In this document: piece after piece, positions 28,460 to 38,677 of the stretch
Position numbering within the stretch: the first letter of the stretch is position 1
How the letters are laid out: each line of letters opens with the position of its first letter
Assembly: GCA_965222375.1 (NCBI GenBank)
Contig: CBDCTZ010000016.1
Span: 3,072,001-3,136,000, forward strand
DNA length: 64,000 bases
Direction of reading: 5' to 3'
Origin: Polyangiaceae bacterium
Lineage (GTDB): Bacteria; Myxococcota_A; Polyangia; Polyangiales; Polyangiaceae
Translations under genes and position numbers: made by a program
Notes under the pieces: generated by a model
What the model was told of the DNA's origin: nothing
Databases searched by the model: none
Seen by the model: only the letters and a program-made list of their open reading frames with translations

Positions 28460-30840
28460 CCGCTGACGCAGGCTGGCGGAGATGAATCGCGTCGGATTGT
28501 CGAGCGCTGGCGTTTGCGCCGAAGCAACACGCCGAAGGCTAGGGCCCACCAGGCGGCCGAGGCGGAACGCGGCGAAGTACTCACGCTACAACCATTGGCG
28601 GGCGCCTTAGGCTGGGGGTTTTGGATGGGGGCGGGACGGTGCGCGCTTTCGACCCGTCTTCGACGTGCGGGAGCACTGCGATACTCGGCAACGCCCATCT
28701 CTCGCAGCAGGCCGCCAGCGTCTTCCACGCGGTCCAAAAGCCAGAGCATGTAGCGGATGTCGACGCCAATGTTCCGGGAGCGCTCCGTGCTGTAACCGAA
28801 GTCCCCAGCGATATTCTCCCAAACGCGATCGAAATTGAGGCCGATCAACTCGCCACGCCCGTTGACCATGGGGCTTCCCGAGTTGCCGCCGGTGGTATCC
28901 GCGTTGGACAGAAAACAAATCGGGACCGTGCCCAGCCCAGGGTCGGACCAGAAGGAGTTCTTCGCCGCAGGCGCCTTGTCGATGACGGACTTGGGAAGAT
29001 TGAAAGGCCAAGTGCCGGTGTGCTTGGCCACGGCGCCCAGCAAGCTGGTTTGGGGCGTCGCAACCAAACCATCCCGGGGCGCGTAGCCGTGCACCTTGGC
29101 CAGACTGATACGCAGCGTGCCGTTTGCGTCAGGGTAGATCGCACCGCCCCGAACGGCTTTCAGGGCTTCGAAGAACTTCGGACCGTTGCGGCTGAGCTGG
29201 CCAGCGCGCTGGTAGTCGATGTCTTGTTGCGTAACGAGCTCTCGTGCCAGAGCTCGACCCAGGTCGAGGATCGGGTCCTTGAACGCATCGATGGCGTCCG
29301 CCTCGCCGTCGAAGAGCTCCTGTACCTTTTCCAGGCTGCGTAGCTTCGAGGCTTTCAGCCGCCCAACCAGGCCTCGGGCGATGGTTTTGCGGTCGCGGCT
29401 GCCGGGCGACAATTTCGCAAAGGCGTTGACCTCCTGACCTTTGGGCAGGGCACGGGCGCGAGCCACCAAGCTGGCCAGCATCTCCGCGTCGACTTCAGGA
29501 TCGAAGTTTCGCAGTCGACGCTGTTGGCTTCGCCACAGAGCTGGCTCGTCGCGCTTTTGGTAGCCAGGGCTTCGCTCGAGGTCTGGCTTCTTACGCTCCA
29601 GGGCGAGGCGAGCCAGGTCCGATGCCGTCGCCACGAGGTTCACACCTCGCGAGACCGCGTGCAGCAACTGTTCGCGCGCGTAGGTTTCGCGTCTGGCCTT
29701 GCTCAGGGCAGTCAGTTCGCGCAGGGCGGCGGCGTGCTCGGGCTTGCCCTTGGCGAACTTGGTCAGCGCGTCGTCTTCCTTGGCGCGGCGCTCTCGCAGC
29801 TTGATCGCGGCGATGCCCTCCAGCATGCCCCGTGCATTCTTGTGGCGATTCGCCAGGGACTTTTTCAGTGCGGCGACCTTGATCGCGACCTCTTTGGAAC
29901 GCTTTGCGTGCTCCGCGAGGATGTCCAGCCACTCGCCATACAAGTCGATGCGCCCGGGCAGGAACTGTTCGATCTGCCGGGTCACCTCCGCAGACGGCAA
30001 GTGACGATTGGTTCGGCGCGGGTAGCCCATGACCATGACCGCGTCGCCGGGCGCGACGCCTTGGGCGCCGATCTTCAAGTGCACCTTCGGTGCGTAGGCA
30101 ACGTTGGCTTTGGAGTGATCGGCGGGTCGCCCATTCTTGCCCACGTAGGCCCGAAACAGCGTGAAGTCCCCGCTGTGACGCGGCCACATCCAGTTGTCGA
30201 TGTCTCCGCCGTACTCTCCAACCGACTTCGGGGGCGCGTACACGATGCGGATGTCTCGCAATTCGACGGCCTCGAACAATCTGTAGCTAGCCCCCAAATA
30301 GAAGGACTTCACTTCGCATCGCGCGTCAGGCGATTTCTTCTCGCATTCGGCAACGATGACCTTCTTGGCCTTCAAGATGGCTCGGTAGCGCGCCAAGTCG
30401 TCTTTGGCGCCGCGCGCCGCCTTGTTCACGCGCGCGGTGACATCCTTGATCCGACGAAGGACTCGTACCGTGTATCCCTTGGCGGCGATTTCGGCGTCGG
30501 GAGTTTTCGCGATGAAGCCATCCTGGAGCAGATCTCGCTCAGGGGTGCTCTGGCCTTGGATGGCACGGTAGGCGCAGTGATGATTCGTTGCAATAAGGCC
30601 ACTTGCAGAGATGAACGAAGCGGAGCAGCCGGAAAGGTTCACCGCAGCACGAGCCAAACCAGAGCTGTCGTTCCAGATCTGTTTGGGTGCGAGCTGAATC
30701 CCGAGCCCGGCGAACTTGCTGCTGACCTCTGGGAGCTGGCCTGGCGGCCACTGGCCCTCATCCGCCGCTGCTGAGCCGGCCAGGCCGAGGACCAGGGCGC
30801 AAGGGCCCAACCCATGGCGAGCTTTGAAGCCAGGCCACAT
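28456..30840 (-). CDS. S46 dipeptidyl peptidase with MYXO-CTERM-type tail
   Basis: DEGQW, TNHHC, DNWMWPRHSGDF, PDANGTLR, TGGNSGSP, GLNFDRVWE; tail GCSVS...WWALAFGVLLRRKR. Confidence 0.92.
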   Translation of the reverse strand: MWPGFKARHGLGPCALVLGLAGSAAADEGQWPPGQLPEVSSKFAGLGIQLAPKQIWNDSSGLARAAVNLSGCSASFISASGLIATNHHCAYRAIQGQSTPERDLLQDGFIAKTPDAEIAAKGYTVRVLRRIKDVTARVNKAARGAKDDLARYRAILKAKKVIVAECEKKSPDARCEVKSFYLGASYRLFEAVELRDIRIVYAPPKSVGEYGGDIDNWMWPRHSGDFTLFRAYVGKNGRPADHSKANVAYAPKVHLKIGAQGVAPGDAVMVMGYPRRTNRHLPSAEVTRQIEQFLPGRIDLYGEWLDILAEHAKRSKEVAIKVAALKKSLANRHKNARGMLEGIAAIKLRERRAKEDDALTKFAKGKPEHAAALRELTALSKARRETYAREQLLHAVSRGVNLVATASDLARLALERKKPDLERSPGYQKRDEPALWRSQQRRLRNFDPEVDAEMLASLVARARALPKGQEVNAFAKLSPGSRDRKTIARGLVGRLKASKLRSLEKVQELFDGEADAIDAFKDPILDLGRALARELVTQQDIDYQRAGQLSRNGPKFFEALKAVRGGAIYPDANGTLRISLAKVHGYAPRDGLVATPQTSLLGAVAKHTGTWPFNLPKSVIDKAPAAKNSFWSDPGLGTVPICFLSNADTTGGNSGSPMVNGRGELIGLNFDRVWENIAGDFGYSTERSRNIGVDIRYMLWLLDRVEDAGGLLREMGVAEYRSAPARRRRVESAHRPAPIQNPQPKAPANGCSVSTSPRSASAAWWALAFGVLLRRKRQRSTIRRDSSPPACVSG

Positions 30841-31013
30841 CCCGGAAGGAGGATGGACGTGCTGTGCGAACAGAGCAAGCCCAGAGCACCAAGCCGCGAC
30901 GGCGTCCTGCGCGCTGAGTTGTCATGCCCGCTTCACCAACGGATTGGCAGGTAGGTGAGTGTAGGTTCGACGCATTGCCACGACTCGCGAAACGCGGGAG
31001 ACTGCTGATACCA

Positions 31014-31982
31014 ATGAAGATCCGAGCGGCTTTTTGGCTTCTGTTTGCTTGCGCTTTCTCCCTGGCGCTGCCGGCGCTGGCCAAACCCAGCAAGGCGGAC
31101 ATCGTCGCTGCGAGGAAGGCAGTGAAGGAAGGCAAACGCGCCGAGCGCAAGAAGGATTGGGAGGCTGCCCGGGAAGCGTACGAGCGCGCCTCGGAGTTCA
31201 AGGAATCTGCCGCGATCCGCATTCGGCTGGCGCGTGCGGAAGACAAGGTCGGCAACCTGATCGAGGCTGCGGAAAACCTGCGCGTTGCGTTGGAGCACAA
31301 GAAGATCAATTGGGCGCAAAAGCGAACGGCCAAGAAGCGCCTGAAAGACCTGGAGAAGAGGATTCCGACGATCAGCCTCGAATTGCCCGAGGGCTTTGAC
31401 GGTGACGTGTTCGTGGACGACGAAGAGATCGAGGCCGACGCCCGGGCGCAGCCCATTGCCGTCAATCCCGGCACGGTAAAGGTGCGTGCAACGGCGGAGG
31501 GGTTCGAGGAGTACAGCGAGAGTTTCGAGCTGAAGGAGGCCGAGAACCTGCCGGTGTCGATTCTCCTGACCGAGAAGAAGGCACCACCCCCACCCAAGAA
31601 GCCCAAAGTAGAGGAGGAAGCTGGCTCCGGAAGCACCCAGAAGACCCTGGGCTACGTGAGCTTGGCGGTCGGAGGCGCGGGGCTGGTGGTCGGCACAGCC
31701 ATGGGCCTAGCGGCGCGCTCGACGAAGAGCGAACTCGACAAGTCTTGTGCGAACGACGTCTGCTCCGAATCCGAGCGAGACCTCTTCGACAAGGGGCAGA
31801 CCCAGGCCAACATCGCGACCACGGGGTTCATCGTCGGCGGCGTAGGGCTGGGCCTGGGAGCGTTCCTATTGCTTACGGCGGATGGCGGCGATGACGCCAA
31901 ACCTGCGGACGCTGATTCCGCGAGGCTGCGGCTGCAGCCGGTAATCGCGCCCAATCACGTTGGTGTGCACGGAACTTTCTGA
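31014..31982 (+). CDS. TPR + PEGA-like secreted/membrane protein (myxobacterial type)
   Basis: Signal peptide, TPR-like helices, VNPGTVKVRA beta-domain, two Gly-rich hydrophobic helices, C-terminal GVHGTF. Confidence 0.75.
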   Translation: MKIRAAFWLLFACAFSLALPALAKPSKADIVAARKAVKEGKRAERKKDWEAAREAYERASEFKESAAIRIRLARAEDKVGNLIEAAENLRVALEHKKINWAQKRTAKKRLKDLEKRIPTISLELPEGFDGDVFVDDEEIEADARAQPIAVNPGTVKVRATAEGFEEYSESFELKEAENLPVSILLTEKKAPPPPKKPKVEEEAGSGSTQKTLGYVSLAVGGAGLVVGTAMGLAARSTKSELDKSCANDVCSESERDLFDKGQTQANIATTGFIVGGVGLGLGAFLLLTADGGDDAKPADADSARLRLQPVIAPNHVGVHGTF

Positions 31983-31989
31983 CCGCGCG

Positions 31990-33177
31990 ATGGCGAGAGT
32001 TGGTCTCGGCGATCGCTCGGCGTTCCCAAACCTCGAGCCGCGCAGCTATTTGAACCACGCGGCGATTTCGCCCGTGAGCACGTTGGTGCAAGACGCCGTG
32101 CAGAGGGTGCTCGCGGACTATTCGCGACGGGGCGTGGCTGCGGTCTTCGACTGGGTGGAGCAGCGCCAGCGACTCAAGGCGCTCTTGGCGAGGCTGATCG
32201 GCGCCCGGGAGTCCGAGGTTGCGTTGTCTCCCAGCACGACTCGGGGCCTGTCGGACATTGCCCAGTGTTTTCCTTGGCAACCTGGGGATCGGGTCGTGCT
32301 TTTCGAGGGGGAGTTCCCCGCGAACGTCACGCCCTGGCAACGCGTCGCCGCCGCTCGGCAGCTCGAAACGGTGCTGCTTCCGGCGGATGGCTTCCGCACG
32401 GATCCCGACGAAACCTGGAATGCCTTTGTAGAGCAGCTGGATCGGGGCGTGCGCTTGGTGGCGGTCAGCGCGGTGCAGTTCCAGACGGGCTTTCGCATGC
32501 CAGTGCGCCGCATGGCTGAGGCGTGTCATCAGCGCGGGGCGCAAATCTGCGTGGACGCGATCCAGGCGCTGGGCGTCGTTCCCACGGACGTGAAAGCCGA
32601 GGGCGTCGACTATTTGGCTTGCGGCAGTCAGAAGTGGCTGATGGGCATGGAGGGTCTCGGCTTCGTTTACGTCGCCCCCGAGCGTGTGCGCGAGTTGCAG
32701 CCGGTCGTCGCCGGCTGGCTCAGCCACGAGGAGCCGCTGTCGTTCTTGTTCGAGGGCCCGGGCAAGCTGCGCTACGACCGTGCAATTCGAACCAGCACGG
32801 ACTTCTTGGAGGGCAGCGCGACCAACGTCATGGGCGGCGCCGCTCTGGAAGCATCCGTTTCCGCGATCGCGCTGCTTGGGCCGGCCGAGATTTTCGCTCA
32901 CGTACAGAGGCTGTTGGACGTGCTGGAAGCAGGCTTGCTGTCCCTCGGTTTTTCGAGCCGTCGCTCCGGCGCGCGTGAAGAGCGTTCGGGGATTCTCTCT
33001 CTGGAGCCGCCGCCAGGCGTAGATGTGGTGCGGCTGCACGAGCAGCTCATGCAGGCGGGCGTATCCTGCACCCTGCCCGATGGCCTGCTGCGCTTTTCCC
33101 CCCACTGGCCCAACGCATTGGACGAAGCACCCTTCGTGATCGATTCGGTGCGGGCGGCGCTCGAAGCCCTGGGCTGA
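31990..33177 (+). CDS. PLP-dependent aminotransferase class V (Cys desulfurase-like)
   Basis: YLNHAAISP, VDAIQALG, GSQKWLMG, LRFSPH. Confidence 0.9.
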   Translation: MARVGLGDRSAFPNLEPRSYLNHAAISPVSTLVQDAVQRVLADYSRRGVAAVFDWVEQRQRLKALLARLIGARESEVALSPSTTRGLSDIAQCFPWQPGDRVVLFEGEFPANVTPWQRVAAARQLETVLLPADGFRTDPDETWNAFVEQLDRGVRLVAVSAVQFQTGFRMPVRRMAEACHQRGAQICVDAIQALGVVPTDVKAEGVDYLACGSQKWLMGMEGLGFVYVAPERVRELQPVVAGWLSHEEPLSFLFEGPGKLRYDRAIRTSTDFLEGSATNVMGGAALEASVSAIALLGPAEIFAHVQRLLDVLEAGLLSLGFSSRRSGAREERSGILSLEPPPGVDVVRLHEQLMQAGVSCTLPDGLLRFSPHWPNALDEAPFVIDSVRAALEALG

Positions 33178-33204
33178 GCTGCAGCGCCGGTCTGGACACG
33201 AGCT

Positions 33205-34053
33205 TCAATCTCGAGCCTTCAGCATGGCTGCATAGCCGTCGCGGAACGTCGGGTATTCAAGGCTGTACCCGCTGGCTTTCAGGCGCTGGTTGCAGCAGCG
33301 CTTGTTGCTTCCACTGCGTCGCGGCTTGGCGGGCTCCGTCGCGACCCGGGCAGCCGGTGCAGAAAGCAACGTGGCGAGATACTCGAGTACTACGCGACGA
33401 TCCGCCGGCTCGTCATCCACGCCCAGGTAGAGCCTCGCTGGCGAAGCCATGAGGCCCAGGTGTTGCAGCGCACCTGCGCAATCATCGCGATGGATCCGAT
33501 TGGTGTAGCGCGGTGGGCCTTCGCGATATGTTGCTCGCCCCTCACGCACGCTCGAAAGCAACGACTCCCGGCCCGGTCCGTAGATCCCCGCGAGGCGCAG
33601 CACCACGTGCGGCAGCCCGGAGTTCTCCAGCGCAGTCTCGGCGCGGAGTAGCAGTGTGCCGCTGAAGTGGGTCGGCGCAGTCTCGCTGTCTTCGTCGACC
33701 CACTGGCCGTCCGCTTGCGCGTACACCGCTGTACTGGATGTGAACACCACGCGTGGCCGCATCCGCTTCTGCGAGAGCGCTGCGACCAGGGTTTGCAGTC
33801 CCGTCACATAGGCTGCGGCATAGGCCCGTTCGCTGCTGTCGTCCGCTGCCGTCGTGTAGAACACCACGTCCAGGTCTCCAGGCAGGGAGTGCAGGGTCTG
33901 CTCCTGGGTCAAGTCGGCGCTGATGGCGTGGACCGGCTCCGGCAGGAGGTTCCCGCGCCGGCGCAAGCCCCACACCTCGTGACCGGCGCGGGCGAGGCGT
34001 AAGGCCAGCGCAGTGCCCACGTAGCCACACCCCGCAACCAGCACGCGACTCAC
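33205..34053 (-). CDS. NAD-dependent epimerase/SDR (atypical)
   Basis: VAGCGYVG, FTSSTAVY, LRLAGIYGPGR, NRIHRDD, YPTFRDGY. Confidence 0.88.
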   Translation of the reverse strand: MSRVLVAGCGYVGTALALRLARAGHEVWGLRRRGNLLPEPVHAISADLTQEQTLHSLPGDLDVVFYTTAADDSSERAYAAAYVTGLQTLVAALSQKRMRPRVVFTSSTAVYAQADGQWVDEDSETAPTHFSGTLLLRAETALENSGLPHVVLRLAGIYGPGRESLLSSVREGRATYREGPPRYTNRIHRDDCAGALQHLGLMASPARLYLGVDDEPADRRVVLEYLATLLSAPAARVATEPAKPRRSGSNKRCCNQRLKASGYSLEYPTFRDGYAAMLKARD

Positions 34054-34102
34054 GCCGCAACAATACACTACTATCGACAGCGCGCCGGGGCCCCAAGCGT
34101 GT

Positions 34103-34921
34103 ATGCTCGGCGTCGAGCGCATGGTGTGGATTGCCCCGAACGTTCGGAAGCGGTTGAAGCAGCTCGAGCTGTCCTTCAATCGGGATGGCATCGACCCTTA
34201 TGGGGTCTCGGCAAAAGACGTGGGGCGCTTCATGTCCTTGTTGTCGGTGTTCTATCACCGCTACTTCCGCTGCAGCGTGCACGGCATCGAACACGTCCCC
34301 CGCCATGGCCGCGCCATGTTGGTGTGCAACCACTCGGGCGGCTTCGCTATCGACGCCGGCATGTTGATCGCCGCCTGCTTCTTCGAAATCGATCCACCTC
34401 GCTTGGCCCAGGGCATGGTGGAGAAATTCCTGGCGCGCCAACCCTTCGCCGGGATGATGCTGCAGCGCGCAGGCCAGTTCACGGGTCTGCCTCAGCACTG
34501 CGTGCGCTTGTTGAACGACGAGCGGCTCTTGATGGTATTCCCGGAGGGCGCACGCGGCACAGCCAAGCTGTTCACCGAACGCTATAGCTTGGTGCGTTTC
34601 GGAACTGGCTTCATGCGCTTGGCTCTTGCCACCAACACTCCCATCATTCCTGTCGCCTACCTGGGCGGCGGTGAAGCCGTGCCCACGGTCATGAACCTGG
34701 AACGTCTGGGCAAACTTCTGGGCGCCCCATACATTCCGGTGACTCCTTATGGCTTGCCCATGCCTCTGCCCGTTCATACGGAGCTGCACTTCGGAGAGCC
34801 GGTGCTGCCCTCCGGAACCGGCAACGAAGAAGACGCCGACATCCTGGTCAAAGTCGACGACGTCAAGCGTCGCATAGCGGACCTGATCGACCGCGGTCGC
34901 CGCACCTACGAGCCAACCTGA
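34103..34921 (+). CDS. Lysophospholipid acyltransferase family
   Basis: NHSGG..D, VFPEG, GFMRLA, PIIPV. Confidence 0.9.
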   Translation: MLGVERMVWIAPNVRKRLKQLELSFNRDGIDPYGVSAKDVGRFMSLLSVFYHRYFRCSVHGIEHVPRHGRAMLVCNHSGGFAIDAGMLIAACFFEIDPPRLAQGMVEKFLARQPFAGMMLQRAGQFTGLPQHCVRLLNDERLLMVFPEGARGTAKLFTERYSLVRFGTGFMRLALATNTPIIPVAYLGGGEAVPTVMNLERLGKLLGAPYIPVTPYGLPMPLPVHTELHFGEPVLPSGTGNEEDADILVKVDDVKRRIADLIDRGRRTYEPT

Positions 34922-34935
34922 TGCGGGGCAGAGAG

Positions 34936-35856
34936 ATGCGAGTACTGATCACAGGCATATCCGGCAAAGTGGGCCAGCAGGTCGCGGCTCTGCTGTTGAA
35001 GCACGGACACGAGGTCCTGGGCATCGACCGCCGGGCGTGGCGCGGCGCCCCTGAAGAGATCCGCATCCACGAGGCGGACATTCGAAAGCGCGCTGCGGAA
35101 GACGTATTCCGCAAAGAGCGACCCGAAGCCGTGATCCACATGGCCACGGTCACGCACCTCACTGCCCAGAGTGAAGATCGCTACCGCATCAACTTGGGTG
35201 GAACCAAAGCGGTCTTCGACTACTGCCACCGCCACGGTGTGAAGCACGCAGTGTTCGCTGGGCGTCACACCTATTATGGCGCGGCCGCGGATTCGGTGCT
35301 GTACCACACCGAAGACGAGCCTCCTTTGGCCTTGGAGACGTTCCCCGAGTTGGCCGATCTGGTTGCCGCAGATCTATTCGCCGGAACGGCCCTGTGGCGT
35401 TACCCGGATATCAGCACGGCCGTCTTGCGGATCGTCTACACCATGGGGCCGAGCAAGTCGGGCACTCTCGCGGCGTTCTTGCGCGGACCCCACGTGCCCA
35501 CGGTGATGGGGCACGACCCGCTATTCCAGTTCATGCATGAGGCCGACGTCGCCCGGGCCCTGGTGCTGGCGCTCGAGAAACAAGTGCGTGGCGTCTACAA
35601 CGTGGCCGGCCCCCAGCCCATGCCGCTGTCGTCGATCATTCGCCACGTCGGGCACCAGCCCGTTGCGGTGCCGGAGCTACTTTTCCGCATGGTGATGGGC
35701 CGCTTTGGCCTGCCCAAGTTGCCGCCGGGTGCCCTGAGTCACATCAAGCACCCGGTCGTCGTGGACTCCAGCGCTTTCAAGGAAAAAACGGGCTTCAAGC
35801 ACGAGCGGGACGAGTACGAAACGCTGGAAGATTTCCGGGCCGCACTGCGCGCGTGA
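34936..35856 (+). CDS. NAD-dependent epimerase/dehydratase
   Basis: [25 protein letters not shown]; paired with the acyltransferase. Confidence 0.88.
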   Translation: MRVLITGISGKVGQQVAALLLKHGHEVLGIDRRAWRGAPEEIRIHEADIRKRAAEDVFRKERPEAVIHMATVTHLTAQSEDRYRINLGGTKAVFDYCHRHGVKHAVFAGRHTYYGAAADSVLYHTEDEPPLALETFPELADLVAADLFAGTALWRYPDISTAVLRIVYTMGPSKSGTLAAFLRGPHVPTVMGHDPLFQFMHEADVARALVLALEKQVRGVYNVAGPQPMPLSSIIRHVGHQPVAVPELLFRMVMGRFGLPKLPPGALSHIKHPVVVDSSAFKEKTGFKHERDEYETLEDFRAALRA

Positions 35857-36180
35857 CCCAATCCTCGGCGTTGTTTTTGGGGTCGGGGCATTGTGGCGGC
35901 CTTGGGCCACCAGGCAGAAATAGAAGGGCTCGCTGGCGCCATCGCGGCCTCGACCTCTCTGCCACCATCCAGCAGTATGGCGCGTTTCCTTCGATGTGGG
36001 TCCGGCGAAGCCGGGTGGGTAACTACTCTCTCATTGGGCCACGCGGGTCGGTTGGTCCGTCCAGGGTGCGAAAGGCGCCGGCGCGTGCACCAGTTCGAGA
36101 TTAGCGCAGCAGTGACGCCCCAGGCCCGCGACCCCAAACCCCACCCATGACGCCGGACGCCAAATGCTAAACTCCTTGGC

Positions 36181-37380
36181 ATGTGTGCGTTGACTAAGAT
36201 CGCTCTCGGGTTGGCCTGTTTGCAACTCGGGGCTTGCGGTGATTCTGAGGACTCGCCTGCACCTGGAGCAAAGGCGCAAACCTTGGACTTCAGTTTTGAA
36301 GCTAGTGTGGGCGTGGGTGAGGAGATCCAAAAGTGCAAGTTCGTGCAGCTGCCCAAGGACGAGGGCGAAATCGCCGTTGGGCGCGTGTTTCACAACTACT
36401 CACCGGGTAGCCACCATTTCTTGGTCTACCGCACACAGCTGACGGAGATCCCGTCCGGAGGCGACGTCTTTGTCGATTGCGACGAGAGCGACTGGATGAG
36501 CAACGTGCGAGGCGTGATCTACGCCGCCCAAGAGACCGACGGCGAGTTCGCCATGCCCAAGGGTGTGGGGCAGAGGTTTTCTCCTGGTGAGGTGATGCTG
36601 GTTCAGACCCACTACTTGAATACGACTAGTGTTGCATTGGACGCCAAGATCGATCTCCGCATGGAACTGCTCGACGTTGCAGATGTGGAGCAAGAGGCGG
36701 GGGTGCTCTTCTTCTACAACCCAGCCATCAGTCTAGGCCCCGCGGCGAAGGGCAGCGCCGAGCTCACCTGTCCCGTGCCTTCGGACTTGAACCTCGCTTT
36801 TGCGGCGTCCCACATGCACAAGCGGGGCACCTATTTCCGCGCTGACACGACGGATGCCTCGGCCGCTGCAGCCCTTGGTCCGCTGTATGAATCCACCGAG
36901 TGGGAGGAGCCGGTTCCCCGCGTGTTCCCTCTCGATCCGCCAGCGATGCTTCCGAAGGGAAGCTCGATTCGCTACCGCTGCGACTTCCAGAACCCGGACG
37001 CAACCCCGGTCGTGTCCGGCCCGAGCGCGGATACCAACGAGATGTGCATGTTCGTCGCCATGTACTGGCCCAAGGTGGACGAGCAGACGGAGTTTTGCCG
37101 TGCCGGCAAGACAACCAGTAGCGGAACCGCGTCCTCCATCGACACCTTCAAGTGCCTCGTGGCCTGCGGGAGTAGTGCAAAGAACCCAGCGTGCTCGAGT
37201 TCGTGCTGGGAAAACGCGTGCCCGGGTGCGCCCATGCCCATCCTGGACCTCGCCTTCTGCTTGCAAAACAGCTGCGGCCTCGAGTGCGCCGTGGATCCTC
37301 TCGGGCAGCCCTGCAAGTCATGCACGGCGAAAACCTGCCCCGATGCCTACGATCGCTTCGCGACAGCGAGCTGCAACTGA
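36181..37380 (+). CDS. Lipoprotein with copper type II (PHM/DBM-like) monooxygenase domains and a Cys-rich tail
   Basis: Lipobox LGAC; SHHFLVY, QTHYLN, SHMHKRG and NEMCMF copper-ligand motifs. Confidence 0.8.
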   Translation: MCALTKIALGLACLQLGACGDSEDSPAPGAKAQTLDFSFEASVGVGEEIQKCKFVQLPKDEGEIAVGRVFHNYSPGSHHFLVYRTQLTEIPSGGDVFVDCDESDWMSNVRGVIYAAQETDGEFAMPKGVGQRFSPGEVMLVQTHYLNTTSVALDAKIDLRMELLDVADVEQEAGVLFFYNPAISLGPAAKGSAELTCPVPSDLNLAFAASHMHKRGTYFRADTTDASAAAALGPLYESTEWEEPVPRVFPLDPPAMLPKGSSIRYRCDFQNPDATPVVSGPSADTNEMCMFVAMYWPKVDEQTEFCRAGKTTSSGTASSIDTFKCLVACGSSAKNPACSSSCWENACPGAPMPILDLAFCLQNSCGLECAVDPLGQPCKSCTAKTCPDAYDRFATASCN

Positions 37381-37457
37381 GCGTGTCGCACCTTTGCATA
37401 CATTAGGCGCGTTTGCGCAGTCTTGAGCGCGCGGCTCGGCAACGTCATGCTTAGTTC

Positions 37458-38654
37458 ATGCGTTGGCTTTGGATCGCTCCAGCCGCTGTGGTGGCGTTCG
37501 CTTGCAGTGCTGGAGACGGCGGCGGCGAAATTGCCGGCGGTGGCGCGATCGGCGCCGGCGCCAATGCAGGTAGCGCCGGTGTAGGTGCCGGTGCGGGAGC
37601 TGGAGGCAGTGCGGCCAAAGGTGGCAGTGCGGGCAATGACGCCTCGACGGGATCTGGAGGCAGCAGTGCGAGCTCCGGCTTCGGTGGCGCGGACGCGGGA
37701 TTCCCCGACGTCAACTTCTACTACGACGCACCCGTGATTCAGCCCGAGGCCTGCGCGTCGACGATCGTCGAGGGCAAGCTCACGCCGTTGGATCTCTACT
37801 TCATGCTGGATACGTCCGGCTCGATGGGATCGAAAATGTCTGCGCTGAGGGGTGGCGTGGTCAACTTCGCCAACGGCGCGGGAGCGGCCGGGATCTTCGT
37901 GACTGGCCAGCGCTTCCCAATTGGTGGCTTCAACGAAACCTGCGCGTCGAATGCCTATGCTACGCCAGCAGTGCCCTGGGGCGCGCTTCCGTACGGAGCC
38001 TTCACGAGTTGGGTGAATGGCTTGAACGCCACGGGCTACACGCCGAGCGTTCCCGCCCTTCAGGGCGCCGTGGACGCTTGCAAGGCGCGCATCGCGGCCC
38101 AACCCACCCACAAGTGCGTCGTCGTGTTCGTGACGGATGGCAACCCCGAAGGCAACTGCGCACCCACCGGCAGCTCGGCTCAAACCCCCTTGGGCAACAT
38201 CGCTGCCGGTGCCTTCGCAGTGGGCATTCCGGTGTTCGCCATCGGCTTCCCGGGCTTGCCGCCCCTCGGGCAAGGCATCATCAACCATGTGGCCCAGCAG
38301 GGCGGCACCAGCAGCGCTTTCATTATCAGTGGCAACAACATCGGCGCGCAATTCACGACCCAGTTGCAAGCGATTCAGAACAAGACCCTGGGCTGCGAAT
38401 ACGTGATGCCCACCACGACCAAGGGCGTGATCGATCCCAACAAGGTCACGGTCACCTTCACTCCGGGCGCCGGCGGCAGCCCCCAGACCATCGGGCGGGT
38501 GGCCAATGCGGCGGCGTGCGGTCCAAACGGCGGCTGGTACTACGACAACCCTGCGGCGCCCAAGCTGATCAAGCTTTGCCCAACGACCTGCACAGCGGTG
38601 CAAGCGGACTCCAAGGCCAAGGTTGAAATCAACCTCGGCTGCTTGGGCTCCTGA
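37458..38654 (+). CDS. vWA-domain lipoprotein
   Basis: AFAC lipobox, Gly-rich linker, MIDAS DTSGS, VTDG, GWYYDNP...LCP. Confidence 0.85.
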   Translation: MRWLWIAPAAVVAFACSAGDGGGEIAGGGAIGAGANAGSAGVGAGAGAGGSAAKGGSAGNDASTGSGGSSASSGFGGADAGFPDVNFYYDAPVIQPEACASTIVEGKLTPLDLYFMLDTSGSMGSKMSALRGGVVNFANGAGAAGIFVTGQRFPIGGFNETCASNAYATPAVPWGALPYGAFTSWVNGLNATGYTPSVPALQGAVDACKARIAAQPTHKCVVVFVTDGNPEGNCAPTGSSAQTPLGNIAAGAFAVGIPVFAIGFPGLPPLGQGIINHVAQQGGTSSAFIISGNNIGAQFTTQLQAIQNKTLGCEYVMPTTTKGVIDPNKVTVTFTPGAGGSPQTIGRVANAAACGPNGGWYYDNPAAPKLIKLCPTTCTAVQADSKAKVEINLGCLGS

Positions 38655-38677
38655 GCGCCGCCCCCGCTACGATGCGC

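Noticed and set aside
21243..34789. Long alternative ORFs (21243..22640, 29524..30774, 31873..33105, 33542..34789)
   Set aside because: These are high-GC shadow frames overlapping well-supported genes, with no motifs of their own.
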